Assembly: GCA_963798085.1 (NCBI GenBank)
Contig: CAWCRS010000007.1
Span: 1,408,001 to 1,472,000, forward strand
Source: an uncultured Gemmatimonadales bacterium
Lineage (GTDB): Bacteria; Gemmatimonadota; Gemmatimonadetes; Longimicrobiales; RSA9
Direction: 5' to 3'
DNA length: 64,000 nucleotides
Part shown: in pieces, positions 1 to 10,023 of the stretch
Position numbering within the stretch: position 1 is the first letter of the stretch
Layout: each line of letters begins with the position of its first letter
The notes under the pieces: model-generated
What the model was told of the DNA's origin: nothing
Database searches by the model: none
The model's input: the letters and a program-made list of their open reading frames with translations, nothing else
Made by a program: the position numbers and the translations under genes

Positions 1-79
1 GTGCAGGCGGGCCAGCGCCCGCGTATGTTCTCGGGAGCCCGCGCGGCAGCGGCTGCGCGCGACCGGTTCGGAGCGAGAC

Positions 80-904
80 GTGCAACTGAACGCAACTGAC
101 GATTCGCGGAAACTGCGCGTTGCCCTCGGGCAATACGATACGGGCTGGCACGACCCGGCCGCATCGCTGGCGCGTGCCGCGCGCGTCATCGAGCGCGCGT
201 CCGCCGAGGGCGCGCAGCTCGTGGTGCTGCCGGAAACCAGCACGAGCGGCTTCACCATGGAGCCCTCGCGCTACGCCGAGCCCTTGAACGGAAGTTCGGC
301 GACGACGCTTGCCCGGCTTGCCGTCGCAAAGAAGGTGCACGTGCTCGCCGGCATCGCGACGCGCGAGGTCGTGCAGGGCCGCGAGGTGTTCCGCAACTCG
401 GCGCTCCTGTTCGGACCCGATGGCGCACTGCTCGCGCAGTACCGCAAACAGCGTCTGTTCGCGGTGGGCGGCGAGGACCGCGCCTACCAGCCAGGCAACT
501 CGCCTGTCATCGCGGATATCAGCGGTGTTCGCATTGCGCCCTTCATCTGCTACGACCTGCGCTTTCCGGAACTGTTCCGCGCGGCCGCACCGTCCGTGGA
601 TGCGATGATTCTGATTGCGAACTGGCCGGCGGCGAGGCAAGCGCACTGGGATGTGCTGACGCAGGCGAGGGCAATCGAAAACCAGTGCTTCTTCGTGGCG
701 GTCAACCGCATTGGCAGTGGCGGCGGCGCCGACTACGACGGCGGTTCCGCTGCCTGGAGTCCGTGGGGCGATCGCCTCTGTCACGCGCGCGACACGGATG
801 CAGCGAGCGACGCGATCTGCGTTGTGAGCATCGACAGCGGCGAAGTGACGCGTGTTCGCACCCGCTGGCCTTTCGTCCAGGATTGTCGCGCGGTTCGCCC
901 GTAG
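80..904 (+). CDS. Carbon-nitrogen hydrolase (nitrilase superfamily, omega-amidase-like)
   Basis: E-K-C triad motifs VLPE, YRK, ICYDLRFPE; RAIENQ. Confidence 0.9.
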   Translation: MQLNATDDSRKLRVALGQYDTGWHDPAASLARAARVIERASAEGAQLVVLPETSTSGFTMEPSRYAEPLNGSSATTLARLAVAKKVHVLAGIATREVVQGREVFRNSALLFGPDGALLAQYRKQRLFAVGGEDRAYQPGNSPVIADISGVRIAPFICYDLRFPELFRAAAPSVDAMILIANWPAARQAHWDVLTQARAIENQCFFVAVNRIGSGGGADYDGGSAAWSPWGDRLCHARDTDAASDAICVVSIDSGEVTRVRTRWPFVQDCRAVRP

Positions 905-1001
905 CCTGGCCGGCGGCTGCGACTGGTCGCGCAACGCGCCGGGCCGTAGTATTGCCGTGCGGTCGCGCGTTTCCGGTTCGTTATTCCTTCAGGATGGAGT
1001 C

Positions 1002-1478
1002 ATGAGAACACACACTGCAGTCCCCGCATTATTCCTGGTGCTTGCCATCGCAGCGTGCGGCGGCAGCGAATCCGGCGGTGCCTCCACGGCGAGCGCGGAC
1101 ACCTCGCACACCGGGGGCATGCAGGCTGCTGCAGCGGCGCGCAGCATCGAGATCACAGCGCCGGCTGATGGTGATACCGTGAACGGTCCGAGCGTAGCCG
1201 TGACCATGGTACCGCATGGGTTCACCATCGTCGCCGCCGGGGACAGCACCCCCAACAGCGGGCACCTGCATCTCTTCCTGGATCGTGACCTGTCTGCGCC
1301 GGACCAGCCCATCCCGGCCGAGCCGGGCTTCATCGTGCACATGGGCAACGGCGCCAGCGATTACACGTTCGCTACCGTGGCGCCCGGTCCGCACCGTCTG
1401 ATTGCAGTCGTGGGTAACGCCATCCACGTGCCGCTGCAGCCGTGGGTGGTGGATACGGTCAATTTCGTGGTGCGCTGA
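1002..1478 (+). CDS. Lipoprotein, DUF4399-like beta-sandwich domain
   Basis: GGAG RBS, lipobox IAAC, GHLHL and GPHRL motifs. Confidence 0.65.
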   Translation: MRTHTAVPALFLVLAIAACGGSESGGASTASADTSHTGGMQAAAAARSIEITAPADGDTVNGPSVAVTMVPHGFTIVAAGDSTPNSGHLHLFLDRDLSAPDQPIPAEPGFIVHMGNGASDYTFATVAPGPHRLIAVVGNAIHVPLQPWVVDTVNFVVR

Positions 1479-1512
1479 GCGTAGATCTGTGTCGGCGTAC
1501 GTCAGGCGCAGA

Positions 1513-3450
1513 TCACGAGGCGGAGGAATCCTCGCCGTCGCCCCACTCCATGCGCTGCACCACAGGGAGCTGCAGCGCGCGTTCGCGTTCGAGGTCCAGC
1601 GTGCCCACGTGCAGGGAGAGCGGCGCCTGCACCCACTTGTAGATGGAGCGCGTGAAGAGCGCGACGAAGCGCTCGGCGTGTGCGCGCAGGGCGTCCGCCT
1701 GCAGAGCGGGGAAGAGGCCGGGCAGCACGGCGGCCAGCTCGTCCGGGGACAGCTTCTCGCCGGCGTACAGGTAGAGGCAGGCATCCAGCACCGCGAACGG
1801 CATCAGCTCCGCCTCCGCCGTCTGCTCGCCGGCCAGCTCGGGGCCGGGCTCGGTGGCCAGGGTGCGCAGGATGCCCCCGAAGCCGTAGCGTTCGTGCAGC
1901 CGGTACAGCAGCGCAATGACCACCGTCTTGGGCACATTGGCGATGGGGGAGAGCGACCCCTCCAGGTCACCGCCGATGGTGGTGTAGCCCACCGCCTTCT
2001 CGCTCATGTCACCGGTCTGCAGGAACACGGCGTTAGCAGTGTTCGACCAGTTCCACATGCGCGCCGCGCGGATGCGCGCCTGGATGTTCTGGCGCGTGAT
2101 CGCGTTGGGCTCCTCGCCCTGCAGCATGGCGCGCGCGGCTTCCGTCTCGCGTGCCATGGCCTCGTCGATGGGCAGCTCGATGAGCGGGATGTCCAGCTCG
2201 CCCGCCATCGCGCGCGCCGCCTCGCGCGTGTCGTTCTGGGAAAAGCCGGACGCCATGTAGAAGGCCGTCAGCTGCGGCAGCGGCGGCGGCGGCTTCCGCC
2301 CGGACCGCTCCGCTTCGGTTTCGGCCAGGCGGCGCAGGGCCAGCCATGCTAACAGCAGTGTCAGCATGGAATCCCGCCCGCCCGACAGCGCCACACCCAC
2401 GGCCGCGAACCGGCCCGCCTTGCGCACGTAGTCGGCCACGCCCAGCGCCAGCACGTCGATCAGCTCGTCCAGCAGCTGATCCCGCGGCGAGAGCGCGGGC
2501 GCGACCGGGCCCGGCAGGAAGTAGCTGCCGCCCTCGGGCGGCGGCGGGTAGGCAAGACCCGAACGATCCGCGGTCGGCTCGACGCTGGTCCGTACCGGCA
2601 CCACTTCGCCCGCGCGCAGAAACGCCGAGCAGTCCGAACGCCACGTAGTGTTCTCGCGGCGCAGCCGGCGCGTACGGTCGAGGTCCACCACGCAGTCCCA
2701 CACGCCCGCGCGGAAACGCGGCGCATCCAGGATCAGGCGTCCGCTCTGGAAAACGCAGCCGCCGCCATCGAAGACCAGGCCATCCTGGGCGCCGACCTGA
2801 TTGGCATAGACCAGCACCACGTGATTGTCCGCCGAGCGCGTGGCCAGCATCTCCCGCCGCGTCTGCACCACACCCACGCGATAGGGCGACGCAGACACGT
2901 TGACGACGACTTCGGCGCCGGAAAAGCAGCGCCTGCGCATGGGACCCTCGGGCGTCCACGCGTCCTCGCAGACTTCCACGGCAATGGTGCCGAAATCGAA
3001 GCCGAAGATCTGGTCGCCCAGGGGAATGCCATCCGCGTCGAGCGCCAGCATCGGCGCGCCGCGCGAAATGGTGCGCGCTTCGTAGAAGACGTTGTACGTG
3101 GGCAGCTTTTCCTTGGGCACGAGACCCAGGATGCGGCCGCGGTGCAGTACCGCGGCCGTGTTGTAGACGTGGCCATCGACGCCCGCAACGAGGCCCAGCA
3201 CCAGCACCGTGGGCAGGGACGCGGTTGCGCGCGCAATGCGCTCCAGCGCATGTCGCTGCGCCTGCACGAACGAGTGCCACTGGACGAGATCCTCGGACGG
3301 GTATCCGCCGACCACCTGCTCAGGAAAGCAGCCCAGCGTCACGTCCCGCTCGGCCATCCCTCGAGCCAGGCCGATGATCTCGTCGGAGTGGGAACGCATC
3401 GCGCCCACCGTGGTGTCGAGGGACGCGATGGCGATGCGGATCAGCCTCAT
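1513..3450 (-). CDS. nadE: Glutamine-dependent NAD+ synthetase
   Basis: N-terminal glutaminase (FPE, KLPTY, CED); SGGRDS; QNIQARIR; GYTTIGGD. Confidence 0.95.
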   Translation of the reverse strand: MRLIRIAIASLDTTVGAMRSHSDEIIGLARGMAERDVTLGCFPEQVVGGYPSEDLVQWHSFVQAQRHALERIARATASLPTVLVLGLVAGVDGHVYNTAAVLHRGRILGLVPKEKLPTYNVFYEARTISRGAPMLALDADGIPLGDQIFGFDFGTIAVEVCEDAWTPEGPMRRRCFSGAEVVVNVSASPYRVGVVQTRREMLATRSADNHVVLVYANQVGAQDGLVFDGGGCVFQSGRLILDAPRFRAGVWDCVVDLDRTRRLRRENTTWRSDCSAFLRAGEVVPVRTSVEPTADRSGLAYPPPPEGGSYFLPGPVAPALSPRDQLLDELIDVLALGVADYVRKAGRFAAVGVALSGGRDSMLTLLLAWLALRRLAETEAERSGRKPPPPLPQLTAFYMASGFSQNDTREAARAMAGELDIPLIELPIDEAMARETEAARAMLQGEEPNAITRQNIQARIRAARMWNWSNTANAVFLQTGDMSEKAVGYTTIGGDLEGSLSPIANVPKTVVIALLYRLHERYGFGGILRTLATEPGPELAGEQTAEAELMPFAVLDACLYLYAGEKLSPDELAAVLPGLFPALQADALRAHAERFVALFTRSIYKWVQAPLSLHVGTLDLERERALQLPVVQRMEWGDGEDSSAS

Positions 3451-3454
3451 CGGC

Positions 3455-4195
3455 TCACTGGTTGAAGACCTGGTCCCGGCCCGGGAAGTATCGGCGGAAG
3501 ATGTCGTGCAGCATGACGTCCGTCTCCAGGACCGGAGCCGGACCGAACTGCTCGACGGTCCTGTCGGGATGGAAGATCAGAATGGCATCCGTGTCATCGT
3601 GCGCCATGCTACCGAAGTACTGTGCTTCGGTTCCGTGCATGATGCGGCGGCTGCCGAAGCGTCCGTTCAATTCCCCCGCCACCGCCATGACCAGCGGATT
3701 CGTGCGGTTGGCCTGGCCGGCCATCAATGCGTACGTGGTGTTGTAGTCGAAGTGCTTCGTGTCGACGACGGCGGCGAGGTCGTAATCGGATGTTATGGGA
3801 AGCCGGGCACCCGCATCCACCACCACGAATTCCTGAGCCCAGTCCTGTCGCGGCCGGCTGAAACGGAAGCCCGCGCAGGCGTCCGTGCCGCCCCGGCCCT
3901 GCGCCGTGAAACTGCCGGCACCGGCCGCCCGCAGCACGGCGAGCCCGGCACGCCACACGCTGTCCTGCGCCGCTGCGTCTCTTGCCAGCAGCAGTCCCAG
4001 GACCGGATCCACCTTGCACTTCACCTCCAGCGGCTTGGCCGGGTAGCCCCTCTCGATATAGCGGATGGAAGCCGTCTTGCCGCCGCGCAGGCAGATCACA
4101 TAGGCCCGCGAGCTGGCGAAATCGAGAATGGCGTTCCAGTGCGCGGCCGCGATGCCGAAGGGCAGGGAGTTCGTCACCAGCTGGGTCTTGGCCAT
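3455..4195 (-). CDS. Putative EF/CyaA/ExoY-family (class II) nucleotidyl cyclase domain protein
   Basis: ICLR, GYPAKPLEVKCK (K-x6-K), PITSDYDL, IMHGTE; ATG at 4195 preceded by GGGGGA. Confidence 0.7.
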   Translation of the reverse strand: MAKTQLVTNSLPFGIAAAHWNAILDFASSRAYVICLRGGKTASIRYIERGYPAKPLEVKCKVDPVLGLLLARDAAAQDSVWRAGLAVLRAAGAGSFTAQGRGGTDACAGFRFSRPRQDWAQEFVVVDAGARLPITSDYDLAAVVDTKHFDYNTTYALMAGQANRTNPLVMAVAGELNGRFGSRRIMHGTEAQYFGSMAHDDTDAILIFHPDRTVEQFGPAPVLETDVMLHDIFRRYFPGRDQVFNQ

Positions 4196-4524
4196 GTCAT
4201 CCCCCGAGCGTCCGGGACCGACCTCGCCCAGGTCGGCGGGCGAGGTGCAAAGGTAGAGTTGCCCGCCCTGCCTCCGCAAACCAGGGTGCGACGGTTGGAC
4301 GGCGTCCAGCCCGGCGGCTGGAAGTCGCTCGGCCCCCTGACGGAGGGCCGGCCGACAGAGGGCAATGCGTCGCCCCGCGATCTAAGGAAAGAGGGCCGCG
4401 TTGCCGAACCTAGAACGAGGGTCAGGGGAAGACCTCGAGGCGGTATCCATCCGGTAACGAGCGGGGGTTTCTGAGAGTCGGGCCAACGATCGACGGAGAT
4501 CTGCGGGCACGACTGGACGCCGCG

Positions 4525-6726
4525 GTGCTGGACGTGGTCCGACCTGTTGCGGTTGGACTGGCGCTGCTCCACGTCGTTCTGTCATTCGGGCATCTCTCGA
4601 TGCTCGAGCCCGGTGTCCGTGGTGCCATGGCTGCCATCACCACCACTGCGGCCACCGTGCTGGTGGCGCTGGCCATAGTGCTGGGACGCTGGCGCCCCTC
4701 GCCTCGCTGGGCTCACCCGCTTGCCGCGGCCGTCTCCCTCGTTGCGGTCACGTCGGCCGTGGCGGTCCTCGCCCTGACGCAGAAACCTGAGTACACCACC
4801 AACCTGTCCCTGCTGTGCATCGGCGTCGGCCTCTTCCTGCTGTCCACCCGCTGGGTCGTGTTCGTACAGACCGTCACGCTGACCGCCTGGACCCTGATCG
4901 CCGTCCGTTCGCCCGACTCCAGCCTCTGGCTCACGTTCCTCTTCAACCTTGCCGGCTCGATTGGCGTGGCTCTGGGTGCGCATGTCGTACGGCTGCGCAC
5001 GTTCCTGCGGGCCGAGGCATCACGCCGCGAAGCGGAGGAGCGCGCCCGCGCTCTGGGCGCGAGCGAGGAGCGGTACGCGCTTTCGGTGGCGGGTGCCAAC
5101 GACGGCCTCTACGACTGGAATCTGATCGGCGACCAGGCATACTACTCCGGCCGCTTCAAGGCCATCCTCGGCTTCGACGAGCACGAGCTGCCCAACGCAC
5201 CGGATGAGATTGCCCGCCGGGTTCACCCCGACGACTCGGCCCGCGTGCGCTCGCAGATCATCGATCACCTGAAAGGCCGCACGCCGTACTTCGAGGACGA
5301 GTACCGCATCCTGCACAAGGATGGCACCTATCGCTGGGTGCTGACGCGCGGCGTGACGGTGCGCGATCCGCGCGGTCGCGCCATTCGCATGGCCGGCTCA
5401 ATGACGGACATGACGGGGCGTGGTGTGTTCGATCCGCTCACCGGACTGCCCAACCGCATGCTGCTGCTCGACCGGCTGCGTCGCGTGTATGCGCGCAGCT
5501 GCCGTCACGGTACCCGCTTCGCCGTGCTGTTCCTCGACCTCGACCGCTTCAAGATCATCAATGACAGCCTGGGCCATCACACAGGCGATGAGCTGCTCAT
5601 CCAGGTGGCGCGTCGGCTGCAGGCCGCCGTGCGCGCGAGTGACACGGTGGCCCGTCTGGGCGGCGACGAGTTCGTGATCATCCTCGAGGACGTTGTCGAC
5701 CGTGACATTCAGGCCAGCATCAAGCGAGTGGAAGAACAGACCTGCGGACTCTACCGGCTGGCGGGCCGTGAAGTCTTCATCACGGTCAGCATTGGCGCCG
5801 TGGTGGACACCGAGGCCTACGACTGTGCCGAGGACATCCTGCGCGACGCCGACACCGCCATGTACCAGGCGAAGCAGAGTGACCGCTCGCACGTGATCTT
5901 CGACGTCGAGATGCGGGAAGCCGTGCGCCGCCGTCTGCAGATCGAGAGCGAGCTGCGCCGCGCCATGGCCGACAATGAATTCGCGCTCGTCTTCCAGCCG
6001 CTCGTTTCCCTCGCCACCGGCGAGATGGTCGCGGTGGAGGCGCTCGCGCGCTGGGATCATCCCGGACGAGGCCGCATCGAGCCCGGCGAATTCATTCCGG
6101 TCATGGAAGAGATCGGCATGATCCTGCAGTTCAGCGCGTGGGTGCTGGTCGAAGCCTGCCTGCAACTGATCGCGTGGGATGCGGTGCGCCCGGATGGATC
6201 CCTGCCGGCGGTCAGCGTGAACCTGTCGAGCCGTCAGTTGACGCGTGGCGATCTGGTGCAGGACATCGCGGCCGTGCTCGAGCGCACCGGCCTCCAGGCC
6301 ACTCGCCTCATGGTGGAGATCACGGAAAGCGCGGTGATGGACCGGCCCGAGGAGGCCGCATCGATGCTGCAGAGGCTGCAGGCGCTGGGTGTGCGCATCA
6401 TGATGGATGATTTCGGAACCGGCCATTCCTCGCTGGGCGCACTGCACAGCCTGCCCATCGACTCGCTCAAGATCGATCGCTCGTTCATACGCCGGCTGCC
6501 CGGCGATCCGCAGGCCATCGAACTTGTGCGCACCATGATCGGCCTGGGCCACAACCTCGGGTTGCAGATCGTCGCGGAGGGCATCGAAACGATCGAGCAG
6601 CTCGCATTGCTGCGTGGTATGGACTGCGACCTGGGTCAGGGAAACCTGTTCGGAGTGCCGAGCAGTCTGGGAAGCCTGGGGATCAACGGGCTGTCGCCCG
6701 CCAGCACAGTAGGGCCGTCACGCTGA
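4525..6726 (+). CDS. Membrane-bound PAS-GGDEF-EAL diguanylate cyclase/phosphodiesterase (true start may lie slightly upstream)
   Basis: Several TM helices, PAS/PAC, DPLTGLPNR, RLGGDEF, EAL, DDFGTGHSS, KIDRSF. Confidence 0.93.
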   Translation: MLDVVRPVAVGLALLHVVLSFGHLSMLEPGVRGAMAAITTTAATVLVALAIVLGRWRPSPRWAHPLAAAVSLVAVTSAVAVLALTQKPEYTTNLSLLCIGVGLFLLSTRWVVFVQTVTLTAWTLIAVRSPDSSLWLTFLFNLAGSIGVALGAHVVRLRTFLRAEASRREAEERARALGASEERYALSVAGANDGLYDWNLIGDQAYYSGRFKAILGFDEHELPNAPDEIARRVHPDDSARVRSQIIDHLKGRTPYFEDEYRILHKDGTYRWVLTRGVTVRDPRGRAIRMAGSMTDMTGRGVFDPLTGLPNRMLLLDRLRRVYARSCRHGTRFAVLFLDLDRFKIINDSLGHHTGDELLIQVARRLQAAVRASDTVARLGGDEFVIILEDVVDRDIQASIKRVEEQTCGLYRLAGREVFITVSIGAVVDTEAYDCAEDILRDADTAMYQAKQSDRSHVIFDVEMREAVRRRLQIESELRRAMADNEFALVFQPLVSLATGEMVAVEALARWDHPGRGRIEPGEFIPVMEEIGMILQFSAWVLVEACLQLIAWDAVRPDGSLPAVSVNLSSRQLTRGDLVQDIAAVLERTGLQATRLMVEITESAVMDRPEEAASMLQRLQALGVRIMMDDFGTGHSSLGALHSLPIDSLKIDRSFIRRLPGDPQAIELVRTMIGLGHNLGLQIVAEGIETIEQLALLRGMDCDLGQGNLFGVPSSLGSLGINGLSPASTVGPSR

Positions 6727-7171
6727 ACCGCTTGGCGGCGGGGCACCGTGCGAGCCGGCCGGATGACTGAGCCGTCCCGACCCGCAGGGCGCCCCGCCAT
6801 AAAACCCTGACGCCGTCGGGGGTGGTTGCCTGCCGGTCCCGATCCGACGCCGCCAGAAGCGAGTGATCGACCCTTCCTTCACCTCACGTGCCGCCTTCTG
6901 CCTTCAGCCTCATCCCGTTCTTTTCCATTGACTTGGCATCCGCGCACCAGGGACTCGAGACGCCCGGAGATGACGGGCCTCCGCACGCTGTGTCGGTCAC
7001 GCGCTACACCCCCGCCGCACCGCAGTGACCCGCGGCAATCGGCATGGCGCACCGCACGCGAGCGCGTCATCGTTTTAACGCGACACACGCAACCGGCATC
7101 CTGATCACGACGAGGCTCTGTCGCACCTATCCGCAATCGCCATCCCGGATGTTCGCAACACGGAGGGATCC

Positions 7172-8440
7172 ATGCGTGCATATCGCCGGACGGCCGTGCT
7201 CATCCCGCTGCTCTCACTGGCCGCATGCACGGCGGATCCCGCCGGACCGGACATCCCGCTGACGGAGGCGAGCGCGGCACTGGGACGCGCCGCCTTCGTG
7301 CGTTCCTGCGCGGGCTGCCATGCCAGCGGCGATGGCTACGACATCGCGCTCTTCGGATTCACCGACACCACGATCATCCGGCGCGCGACCGCTCACGTTG
7401 ACCTGGCAACGGCGAAGAACATCGTCGCCCACATCCGCTCGCTGGCCATTCAACCAGTGCCCGAAACGTTGCGCATCTTCCAGCCGGGCGAGGGCACGGT
7501 GCCGAGCGATGTGGACTTCGCGCAGAAACTGTTCGGTCAGGATCAATGGCCGCAGAGTCTGACGACCGCACAGCTGCGTGCCATTGATCCGCGCAACGTG
7601 CAGCTCGCCGTGGGCATGCCGGTGTGGTCGGACGAAGCGCAGAACATCGACTGGATGCCCGACGATTCTCTTCCGCCTGCGATTCTCGATCATGCCGGCA
7701 GCGCCGCGCGTGCCGCCATCGCCGGGTATCGCGCCGCACCCACGCTGGAGAACCTGAGCCGTGCCGTGCTCGCGCTGCGCCGCGCCGATCGTGATTCCCT
7801 GAACGCCGGCGCGCCCTGCCTGCTGGAGGATGCGCAGCGCGCGGATTTCGAGACCTGCTTCCAGGTGCGCCGCTGGACCGCGACGCTGGTGGCGCAGCAC
7901 ATGCTGCGCAACGGCATTACCGGGCGACTCGATGCGGCGCTGCACGACGCGTGGTGGGATGTGGGCAATGCGGCGCGCAAGTCGCGCAATGCGGGACAGC
8001 CCATTGCCAACGCGGTGAGCAACTGGGCTTCCTGGATGCTGCTCGGCTGGAGCTTCGAGCCCGGTGCGCACGCCAGCGTCTACACGGGCGGCAGCGTGTT
8101 CACGATGGGGCTCAGCCGTCACGCCACGTTCATCGCGCTGCGCAGCCAGGTGGAACGCAAGCGCAATGATGCAGCCGTGTACGCGGACGCGCGCCAGGCG
8201 GTACGCTTTGCGCCGGACGCATGGGCGTACAATGTGGCGACATTCGGTTTCCGCCACCTGCTCGAGCGTCAGGCCTCAGGCGAACAGCCTCGCCCGGCCG
8301 ACATGGCGGCCGCCGCCGACAATGTGCGCACGGCCCTGGCGGCCGCGAAGCGCAAAGTCAGCGCGGCGCAATTCGGCATGCTGGAGAAGCAGGCGAGTCA
8401 GCTGCTCGCCTCGCTGGCCACCATGAGTGCCGCGCGCTGA
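7172..8440 (+). CDS. Uncharacterised lipoprotein with one c-type heme motif
   Basis: GGAGG RBS, lipobox LAAC, CAGCH. Confidence 0.65.
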   Translation: MRAYRRTAVLIPLLSLAACTADPAGPDIPLTEASAALGRAAFVRSCAGCHASGDGYDIALFGFTDTTIIRRATAHVDLATAKNIVAHIRSLAIQPVPETLRIFQPGEGTVPSDVDFAQKLFGQDQWPQSLTTAQLRAIDPRNVQLAVGMPVWSDEAQNIDWMPDDSLPPAILDHAGSAARAAIAGYRAAPTLENLSRAVLALRRADRDSLNAGAPCLLEDAQRADFETCFQVRRWTATLVAQHMLRNGITGRLDAALHDAWWDVGNAARKSRNAGQPIANAVSNWASWMLLGWSFEPGAHASVYTGGSVFTMGLSRHATFIALRSQVERKRNDAAVYADARQAVRFAPDAWAYNVATFGFRHLLERQASGEQPRPADMAAAADNVRTALAAAKRKVSAAQFGMLEKQASQLLASLATMSAAR

Positions 8441-8549
8441 TCCTGCGGCGCGCGGACGTGGACGCTGCCACGCGCGCTGCGTTAGACTTGCACCAGCATC
8501 CGGGCCGGAACCGGTCGTCGGTTCCGGCCTCATGTTTTCCGGAGTGGTC

Positions 8550-9692
8550 ATGAAGCGTCGGCATCTCGCTCTGCTGCTGCTCGGCGTTGCCTGCCACAGT
8601 CCCGCCGACGAGACCGGTGGCAGCGGTCCGCCCGGCGATCTGCAGCTCGCGCTGGAACGCGTCGTCGGCGGACTGTCGTCACCGCTCTACCTCACCTCGC
8701 CCGCGGGGGATAACCGCCTGTTTGTGGTGGAGCAGCCCGGCCGCATCCGCATTGTGCGCAGCGGTCAGCTGCTCACACAGCCTTTTCTCGACATCACCGC
8801 GAAGGTGGCCAGCGGCGGCGAGCGCGGCCTGCTCAGCATGGCCTTCCATCCGGACTACGCGCACAACGGCTTCCTCTACGTGGACTACACGGACCGCAAT
8901 GGCGACACGCGTGTCGAGCGTTACCGCGTCTCGGCGGACGCCAATGTGGCGGACGCGGCGTCGTCGCATCAGATCCTGTTCCAGGCGCAGCCCTTTGCCA
9001 ATCACAATGGCGGTCTCGTGCGCTTCGGGCCGGACGGCCGCTTCTACATCGGCCTGGGCGATGGCGGCAGCGCCGGTGATCCGCAGGGCAACGGGCAGAA
9101 TCGCAACACGCTGTTGGGCAAGATCCTGCGCATCGATGTCGATGGCGCGGATCCCTACGCCATACCCGCGGACAATCCCTTCGTCCATGCGACCGGCACG
9201 CGTCCCGAGATCTGGGCCTACGGCCTGCGCAACCCGTGGCGCTACGCGTTCGACGCCACCGGTGAGCAGCTGTACATCGCGGACGTCGGACAGGCTGACT
9301 GGGAGGAAGTCGACATCGCGCCGGCCAGCACCGGGGGCCTCAACTACGGCTGGAACACCATGGAGGGCCGCCATTGCTACAATCGCAGTCAATGCGACGA
9401 TATTTCACTGACGCTCCCGTACCTCGAGTACGATCACGGCCAGGGCTGCTCCATCACGGGTGGCGTGGTGTATCGCGGCCAGGCCATTCCACGACTCGCG
9501 GGACACTATCTGTATTCCGATTACTGCAGCGGTTTCCTGCGCAGTTTCCGATTCGTGAGCGGCGCGTTGCTCGATCGCACTGACTGGAATCTGCCCATCC
9601 CGAACGGCGTGCTCTCGTTCGGCCAGGATGCGGCGGGCGAAGTGTACGTGATGACGGGTGGCGGCGATGTGTTCCGCATCGTGAGCAGGTAG
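8550..9692 (+). CDS. Glucose/sorbosone (PQQ-type) dehydrogenase family lipoprotein
   Basis: GERGLL, NHNGG, GDGG, GLRNPWR, DVGQ; lipobox GVAC. Confidence 0.9.
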   Translation: MKRRHLALLLLGVACHSPADETGGSGPPGDLQLALERVVGGLSSPLYLTSPAGDNRLFVVEQPGRIRIVRSGQLLTQPFLDITAKVASGGERGLLSMAFHPDYAHNGFLYVDYTDRNGDTRVERYRVSADANVADAASSHQILFQAQPFANHNGGLVRFGPDGRFYIGLGDGGSAGDPQGNGQNRNTLLGKILRIDVDGADPYAIPADNPFVHATGTRPEIWAYGLRNPWRYAFDATGEQLYIADVGQADWEEVDIAPASTGGLNYGWNTMEGRHCYNRSQCDDISLTLPYLEYDHGQGCSITGGVVYRGQAIPRLAGHYLYSDYCSGFLRSFRFVSGALLDRTDWNLPIPNGVLSFGQDAAGEVYVMTGGGDVFRIVSR

Positions 9693-9720
9693 CGCCGACG
9701 AACGCAGAGGGGGTGCGCAG

Positions 9721-9763
9721 AAAAAAGCGGCCCCCAGGAGCGAGCACGTCGCTTCCTGGGGGC
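9721..9763 (-). terminator. Rho-independent terminator
   Basis: GCCCCCAGGA/TCCTGGGGGC stem followed by T6 on the minus strand. Confidence 0.75.
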
Positions 9764-10017
9764 GATCTTTCCGCTGGCGGATCAGGTCCGTTGGTTCGGT
9801 TGTCGCTTGTGTAGCGACCGGTCCTGCGTCCTTGCCCTCGTCGTGCGGTCCACGGCTCAGGCGCCCCGTGAATCATCCGGGGCCACGGCTGGGGCCAGCG
9901 ACCTCTCAGCCGGCTCGACGGTTCCGAAATTCCGGCGAGCTGCCTCGGCGCAATCTTCGATTGAGTTTCGCGCTTCGGCTGAATCGCACGTCAACGGACC
10001 GCGTGCCGTGCGAATCG
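9721..10017 (-). ncRNA. Candidate structured non-coding RNA (~300 nt), family not recognised
   Basis: Sigma70-like promoter upstream, terminator downstream, 9-bp closing helix and several internal hairpins, no credible ORF. Confidence 0.45.
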
Positions 10018-10023
10018 TCGGGC

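Noticed and set aside
4196..4279. N-terminal extension of the cyclase-like ORF as given in the ORF track
   Set aside because: The ATG at 4195 has an RBS; the upstream TTG has none apparent.
6727..7171. Riboswitch or sRNA in the spacer after the GGDEF-EAL gene
   Set aside because: Only a pyrimidine-rich CCTTC(T/A)G tract and a TTGACT with no matching -10; no c-di-GMP riboswitch consensus recognised.
9770..9915. TPP riboswitch (CTGAGA and ACCTGAT on the minus strand)
   Set aside because: The P5 loop and AGGGA are missing, the spacing is wrong, and no gene follows on that strand.
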